From Adineta vaga (taxonomy: Eukaryota > Animalia > Rotifera), in assembly GCA_021613535.1 (NCBI GenBank), contig CP075492.1, positions 14,183,769 through 14,247,768 on the forward strand: a DNA stretch of 64,000 bases, given 5' to 3'. The notes under the pieces are model-generated. The model did not search any database. It was not told the DNA's origin and saw nothing but the letters and a program-made list of their open reading frames with translations. The position numbers and the translations under genes are program-made. Shown here piece after piece: positions 58,733 to 64,000 of this stretch; position 1 is the stretch's first letter; each line of letters begins with the position of its first letter.

Positions 58733-60530
58733 ATGGTGACATTATTCGAAAATCCACATGAATCATCATTAGCAATGTTTCTATTACAAGTATTTATCAC
58801 ATTAATTGTATGCAAAATTCTTGCAAAACTTCTCTCGTTTGTTCGTCAACCACAAGTTATTGGACAGATTATTGCGGGAATTATTTTTGGTCCATCGATA
58901 CTTGGTTTGTAAACATAGAAGAAAAAGAACATGATTTGTAATTGATATAAATTTCATTTAGGTTATGCTAAAGGATGGTCATCAGCTATTTGGCCAACAT
59001 CATCATTGAAAATCTTTCAATTAATCGCAAATTTAGGTTTAATTTTCTTCATGTTCTTTCTTGGTTTAGAACTTGATTTAAATCAAATTAAAGCTAATTG
59101 GAAAGTTACTATACCTGTAGCGTGTGTTAGTATTATCTTTCCTGGTAAGTTGATTTGAAGAAAACAAAAATATCAATGAAGTATGTTTTGTTCTAGTTGG
59201 AATTGGTTGTGCTGTTGCTCTATGGTTCTATGAATTGAATGATGGAATTGTTGCAAGTAAAACAGCGTTTATTCTATTTATTGGTAAGGATCAATTTTTG
59301 AAATGATATCTTCTTTGTTGCATTGTTAAGTTTTCATTTAGCTTCTGGATTTGGTTTTTCGGCATTTCCTGTCTTGGCAACACTATTAAATTCGATGAAT
59401 TTACTCAATGAACCAATTGGTATTCAAACAATATCTTTAGCGGCTGTTGAAGACATCGTTGTTTGGGTTGTATTAGCTGTTGCTAGTGCTTTTTCATCAG
59501 GAGGCTCGGCACTTCAAGGTCTTTATACATTATTGTTAACATTAGCTTTTATTGGAATAATGGTATTTATTATTCGACCGATTTTCAGTCGAATTCATGA
59601 CTTTTATCATCGAAAAGAAGACGATTGTAATGTTTATATTGTTGTTGGTTGTTTCCTTTTACTTCTTATTTCATCATTTACAACTGAAGTGATGGGTAAA
59701 AAAATTTAACAGTAAATTTCTTTACTATTGTTGATTTGTTTAGGAATTCATGCATTCTTTGGAGCATTTATTGCTGGTCTTTGTATTCCACGAAAAGGTG
59801 AATTAGTTGAATTTCTTTCCATACGTATTGAATTAATAATCGTTGAATTTTTCTTACCGTAAGCAAATTTTCTTGTCACAAATCTTTTCCTTCTCTAATT
59901 TTAATCGATATTTTAGTCTATATTTTGCAAATAGTGGTTTAAAAACACGTTTAAATCTTTTAAATACTGGCCGATCATGGTGGACATTAGCTGTTCTGAT
60001 TATTTTAGCAACTGTTTCCAAAGTTGTTCCAGTGACAATAGCAACGAAAATCTTCGCACGACGCTCTTGGTATTACTGTTCATCTGGGTGTTCTTATGAA
60101 TACACGTGGTATTGTTCAATTGGTTGTTTTAAATATTGGTGTTCAATTAAAAGTTATATCACCGGTTATTTTTGCAATGTTCGTTCTAATGGCAACAATT
60201 CTTACACTATTAACATCACCGATTTTATCGTTTCTCTATAAACGTGATTCTGATCCGAAAGTTTTAGAAGAATCTAAAACAGCTTATGATTTACATATGG
60301 CTTTAGAAGGTGAAATTGATCTTGAAAAGGTCGGAGAAAATGGTACAATAGATAAAGATTCAAACCAATCACCAAAAGAAATATCGAATGGTTCAAATAG
60401 AATTATGAAGAGAAATCTAAGTTCATCGAATGCTCTACATCCTCGATTAAGTGCATTTGATCTAGAAAATCCGCCAACAAATAATGAAATAACTCGACAA
60501 AGAAAATGTTCTCGAATGACTTTATTTTAA
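58733..60530 (+). CDS. Cation/H+ antiporter, CPA2 family (KefB/KHA1/KEA-like), 6 exons (58733..58904, 58962..59144, 59196..59283, 59342..59695, 59744..59858, 59917..60530). It needs two frame corrections (near 59219-59222 and 60042-60090), so it is a possible pseudogene or sequence errors
   Basis: CPA2 hallmarks 'GQIIAGIIFGPSILG', 'FFLGLELDL', 'SLAAVEDIVVWVVLAVA', 'GAFIAGL' and 'GVLMNTRGIVQLVVLNIG'. Five introns of 49-57 nt all have consistent phases, but exon 3 and exon 6 each switch frame by 1 nt internally ('GIGCAVAL|WFYEL', 'FARRSW|ALGITVHLGVLMNTRG'). Confidence 0.55.
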
Positions 60531-60876
60531 TTTTGCTTTGTGTGTTTTAATGTATCTTTTTACACGTTTTTAGAATGTTGTTTTAGTTAGATTTCACATC
60601 AATTGTTTTTCATGAGATATAGAATTTCTATTTGAAATATTTAGTTAGTATGATATCGATAAGATTCTATTGTGCAATAACGTTACAAAATTTATCTTCT
60701 CTTTACTTATGTGAAAAAAGATGCATTTGTCACCGTTTCTATAAGAAAAAAAGATAACGATAACAATATTTCATGTGATATGTATCGTTGAGTAGAAATA
60801 TGATTTAAAGAGAAGTTATGATGCATCTTATATCATTTTAAATCATTGATAGTTTTAGATTGAGGTTTATAGAACA

Positions 60877-61761
60877 ATGTCAATTGGTTGTCCATTGTTT
60901 GATATTAATCAATTAACTTCTGAACAACAGGAAAAATTCCAAAATGTTTATAATGAATTAAAACCAAATCATACATCTTATATAGAGTATAAACTTAATT
61001 TACGATTGAAAAATCCGATGGAAAAAGACGAAGAAGAAGAAGAAAATGAATGGAAATATCAATTATATCGATTTCTTCGTGCAAGAAAATGGAATGTAGC
61101 ACATACAATAAAATCAATTCTAGAAATGTTAAAATGGAGAATGGATAATCACGTTGATTCAATTTTAGAACAAGAAAATGTGAAAGAACGTATGGATAAT
61201 CTTCGAAAAATAGTTCCAAATGCTCACCATGGTTATACTAAAGTTGATCGTCCGTTATACATCGAAAAATCTGGTTTAATTCATGTGGATAAAATCTTAG
61301 ATAGTTATTCAGTAGAAGAATTAATTGAATGTCATATCTATTGGTTAGAATTCTATTCTCAATTAACTCGAGAACGTAGTCGACAAATAGGAAAACATAT
61401 TGAGAGTTTTGCTATAGCTTATGATTTACATGGATGTAAATTAGATATGAGAAAAATCCTTCCAGTTTTAAAACAATCACTTTTTATCGATGATAATTAT
61501 TATCCCGAACGTTTAGGACAATTGTTTATTATCAATCCACCCATGATTTTTCCTATTCTCTGGAACCTCGTCAAACATTGGCTTGATCCAGTAACAAAAA
61601 CAAAAATTTTGGTGATTAAAAAAGGTCCAGAAACAGCAGCAACGTTATTACAGCACATAGATTCAGATCAATTACCACGAGAATACGGCGGCGGTTGTCA
61701 ATCATGTCCAGCAGCGCCTAACTGTATTCCAATATATGAAGAAAATAAAGAAGATATTTAA
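60877..61761 (+). CDS. CRAL-TRIO (Sec14-like) lipid-binding domain protein, single exon (294 aa)
   Basis: N-terminal CRAL-TRIO_N helix 'LYRFLRARKWNVAHTIKSILEMLKWR'. Lipid-binding domain '...LGQLFIINPPMIFPILWNLVKHWLDPVTKTKILV...' and 'QLPREYGG'. Confidence 0.8.
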   Translation: MSIGCPLFDINQLTSEQQEKFQNVYNELKPNHTSYIEYKLNLRLKNPMEKDEEEEENEWKYQLYRFLRARKWNVAHTIKSILEMLKWRMDNHVDSILEQENVKERMDNLRKIVPNAHHGYTKVDRPLYIEKSGLIHVDKILDSYSVEELIECHIYWLEFYSQLTRERSRQIGKHIESFAIAYDLHGCKLDMRKILPVLKQSLFIDDNYYPERLGQLFIINPPMIFPILWNLVKHWLDPVTKTKILVIKKGPETAATLLQHIDSDQLPREYGGGCQSCPAAPNCIPIYEENKEDI

Positions 61762-61814
61762 CATATGATTTTATTCTAATATCTATAAACTGTTTATATC
61801 CAATAAGAAAAGTC

Positions 61815-63623
61815 TTAGAAACGAGAGTTCTTTGTTGATAATGATGATGCTACTTGAATATTGTTAGTTGTTTTCAGTTTTTCTTCTTCATATTTTTTCC
61901 ATCGATATTCAATTAATGCATAACCACTAATACCTACGGTAAGAAATACAATAAGAATGTAGAGAATAATCCGAGTTCGTATATAAGGTGTAATTATGTA
62001 GAAAAAAGCAAATCCAGCTGATTCCCACAGACGATAATTTGAAAAAGCTGCTTCGTTTGTTTCATTGAATAGAACTCCGTAAAGTGCACTTGTTTGTGAT
62101 TGCCAAACAGAATCAGCGACACCCCAAAGACCAGCAATGATAAAAAGAACAATGATTTGATTACTTGACGGATACCAAAAAAGCATTGTAATCATTAGAG
62201 CATAATTAATCAATGCAGCTATGACAAAACAAGGCCAACGTCCAATAAGTTTAACAAGTTGACCAAAAACAAAACTACCAATCGAATCACACAATCCAAA
62301 AGCAATCATTATAAGACCAACATATTTTGCACTAAATGTACACGAAATAAAAGCCTAAAATAGATCCACTATTTCCTTCGAAATAAGATAAAATATATTT
62401 GAAATTTACTTTCGTAAATATTGTAAAAATATATGTTAATTCTAGACCACACCATATACTCATTGGAATCAAAAGAATTTGATCCATATGACGCATATGT
62501 TTAATAGTCGATACAAGTAATTTCACTGAATTACGTATCATGACAGACGTTTTGTCTCGAGACGTTGTTCGTCGTTGATCAAGAAAAATAATTAAGAGTA
62601 ATATTGAACTAATACAGAGACAAACATAGATTATGCAGAGAATATCAACCTGAAGAGAAAGATATTTGTTTTGAAATTTGAACATTTTTCAACTGACTGT
62701 TTTACGATCAATCTTATTAGGAACTTCTGTACTTTGATATTCTTGTTCACTGAATTGTGCGCCACATTTATCATACATAGTAAACAATATGGATGTACTT
62801 GTGTTGATTCTTGCAGCAGAAACTGATGATAATTTATTTTCTGGTGTCAATATGAGATACGAGATTAGATTACCCCAGATTTGACCTATTTTAAATAGAA
62901 TTATGAGATAGAACATGAAGAAAATATAAACATCACTGACAAGATTGAAAGAACATGAAAAAAATGCCAAAAAATCGATTGATAACAGCAGTTTTATCGA
63001 GATTCTTTTCAATGGCATAAACTGTACCCATATTAGATAAATAACTACATTTTGATGTCCACAGAGGAGCTGCAGCTAAACCAACCAATACAGCAGCTAA
63101 TATAAAACAAAAATAACTAGTCAGTAATAAAGACAGGACAAACATATCTTACCTGGATACATCAGATAAGCTTTGGGATAATAATTGGCAGTCATGAAAA
63201 TAAGATAACTGAAAATAGGATATCTAATCGTGGCTTTTCTTGTGGAATGCAACTCGGAAAAGAATCAGATACGTACGGTACTTGTGAAATGATTAAAGTC
63301 CATTTCAAACCTAAGATAGTCATTAAGGGATGTGGTAAGAAGATGGATGAAAATATAAGAAATACATAAATAATTGATAATGAATTGACACCAACATTTG
63401 CTTCAGTATTCAATGAACTTTGAAGATTTCCCATGCCATTAAATGCTGTAAATTGAAGTAAAAATGCCATACTAATTGCTAAAACATTTTTTATTGTTCG
63501 AAAATCGAATCGTTGTTTTTTTATCGTGGTAATTTGTTCATCGATGTCATTTGCAACTACTTGCATTTCTAATTCTAAATTCAAACTCATTGTAGATATG
63601 TATGTGTGCAAATCAACCTTCAA
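61815..63623 (-). CDS. UNC93-like / MFSD11-type major-facilitator membrane protein, at least 5 exons on the minus strand; introns not individually mapped
   Basis: Five consecutive minus-strand ORFs with about 11-12 TM segments. 'NVGVNSLSIIYVFLIFSSIFLP...LGLKWTLIISQ' matches the UNC93-like/MFSD11 N-terminal motif. Short gaps (10-50 nt) between ORFs contain GT..AG candidates. Confidence 0.55.
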
Positions 63624-64000
63624 AAGAATATATTAATGTGCTATATATCTAAAAAAAGAAGTGAAGAAGATTACGAAAATGTCGCTATGATGATATATAA
63701 CATTATTGATTAGAACTTTACCATTTCGAATAGTTCGTTATTACTTTCTTTCTTCTATACTTGCTCTATTGCTTCGTTATTTTAGTCTCACATATAAATT
63801 GTGAACAACGTACATTCGTCTTTTGTCTTCTATTCGTGGCGGATTGAAAATGAAATAAACGTAAGAAGAAATCATGAACTATCGGCGTAAAATGTGCTCG
63901 CATGGACATAGTCGCTTCTTATACTATACCATCGAAAGTGAAATTCATAGGTTACGAAAAAACAAATTTATTGGAAGGTTAAAGAATCAGGTATAAGCTT

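Noticed and set aside
1-64000. CRISPR arrays, rRNA genes, prokaryotic operons and RBS-driven gene starts
   Set aside because: The window is AT-rich eukaryotic DNA with spliceosomal introns, Pol III tRNA genes and animal-type gene families. No regularly spaced direct repeats with unique spacers are present, and no rRNA-like conserved blocks. The tandem repeats seen are coding (30210-30440) or transposon-internal (52950-53300).
1-64000. Trans-spliced leader (SL RNA) gene
   Set aside because: I looked for a compact SL-like exon plus Sm-site and donor arrangement, and for the rotifer SL sequence as I recall it. I found nothing convincing and cannot be exhaustive by eye.

Overview
This is eukaryotic, AT-rich nuclear DNA (roughly 30% GC), not a prokaryotic locus. 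Genes sit on both strands and are interrupted by very small spliceosomal introns of about 41-71 nt with GT...AG ends; about 20 of these were mapped by hand.

Features supported from the sequence:
- About 36 protein-coding loci.
- Two tRNA-Cys(GCA) genes, each followed by a Pol III T-tract.
- A pair of short MITE-like inverted-repeat elements with target-site duplications.
- A 0.8-1.1 kb dispersed repeat pair.
- Six intergenic G-rich TGTGGG-like hairpin motifs.

The gene content mixes two kinds of genes. The first kind is typical animal genes:
- an ABCG half-transporter;
- five rhodopsin-like 7TM receptors;
- F-box proteins;
- NHL-repeat, CRAL-TRIO, Mpv17, UNC93/MFSD11-like, MLLE, CCCH and CXC proteins.

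The second kind is genes with strikingly bacterial-type sequences, all carrying eukaryotic introns:
- a DhlA-type haloalkane dehalogenase;
- a parallel beta-helix (pectin-lyase fold) protein;
- an aldo-keto reductase;
- an alpha/beta hydrolase;
- an NCS1 purine-cytosine permease;
- a DUF4336-like protein.

This combination, together with TGTGGG-type telomere-like motifs, fits a rotifer-like (bdelloid-type) genome rich in horizontally acquired genes. The organism cannot be verified from the sequence alone.

Other notable items:
- Two different ankyrin-repeat ADP-ribosyltransferase fusions: one ecto-ART/R-S-E type, one PARP/H-Y-E type with a J-like domain.
- A secreted protein made of three tandem cysteine-rich repeats.
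- A tandem pair of PAN + bulb-type lectin genes.
- Three gene-family members interrupted by single in-frame stop codons, and one gene (a CPA2 antiporter) with two frame breaks. These suggest pseudogenes or sequence errors.

No CRISPR array, rRNA or prokaryotic operon structure is present.
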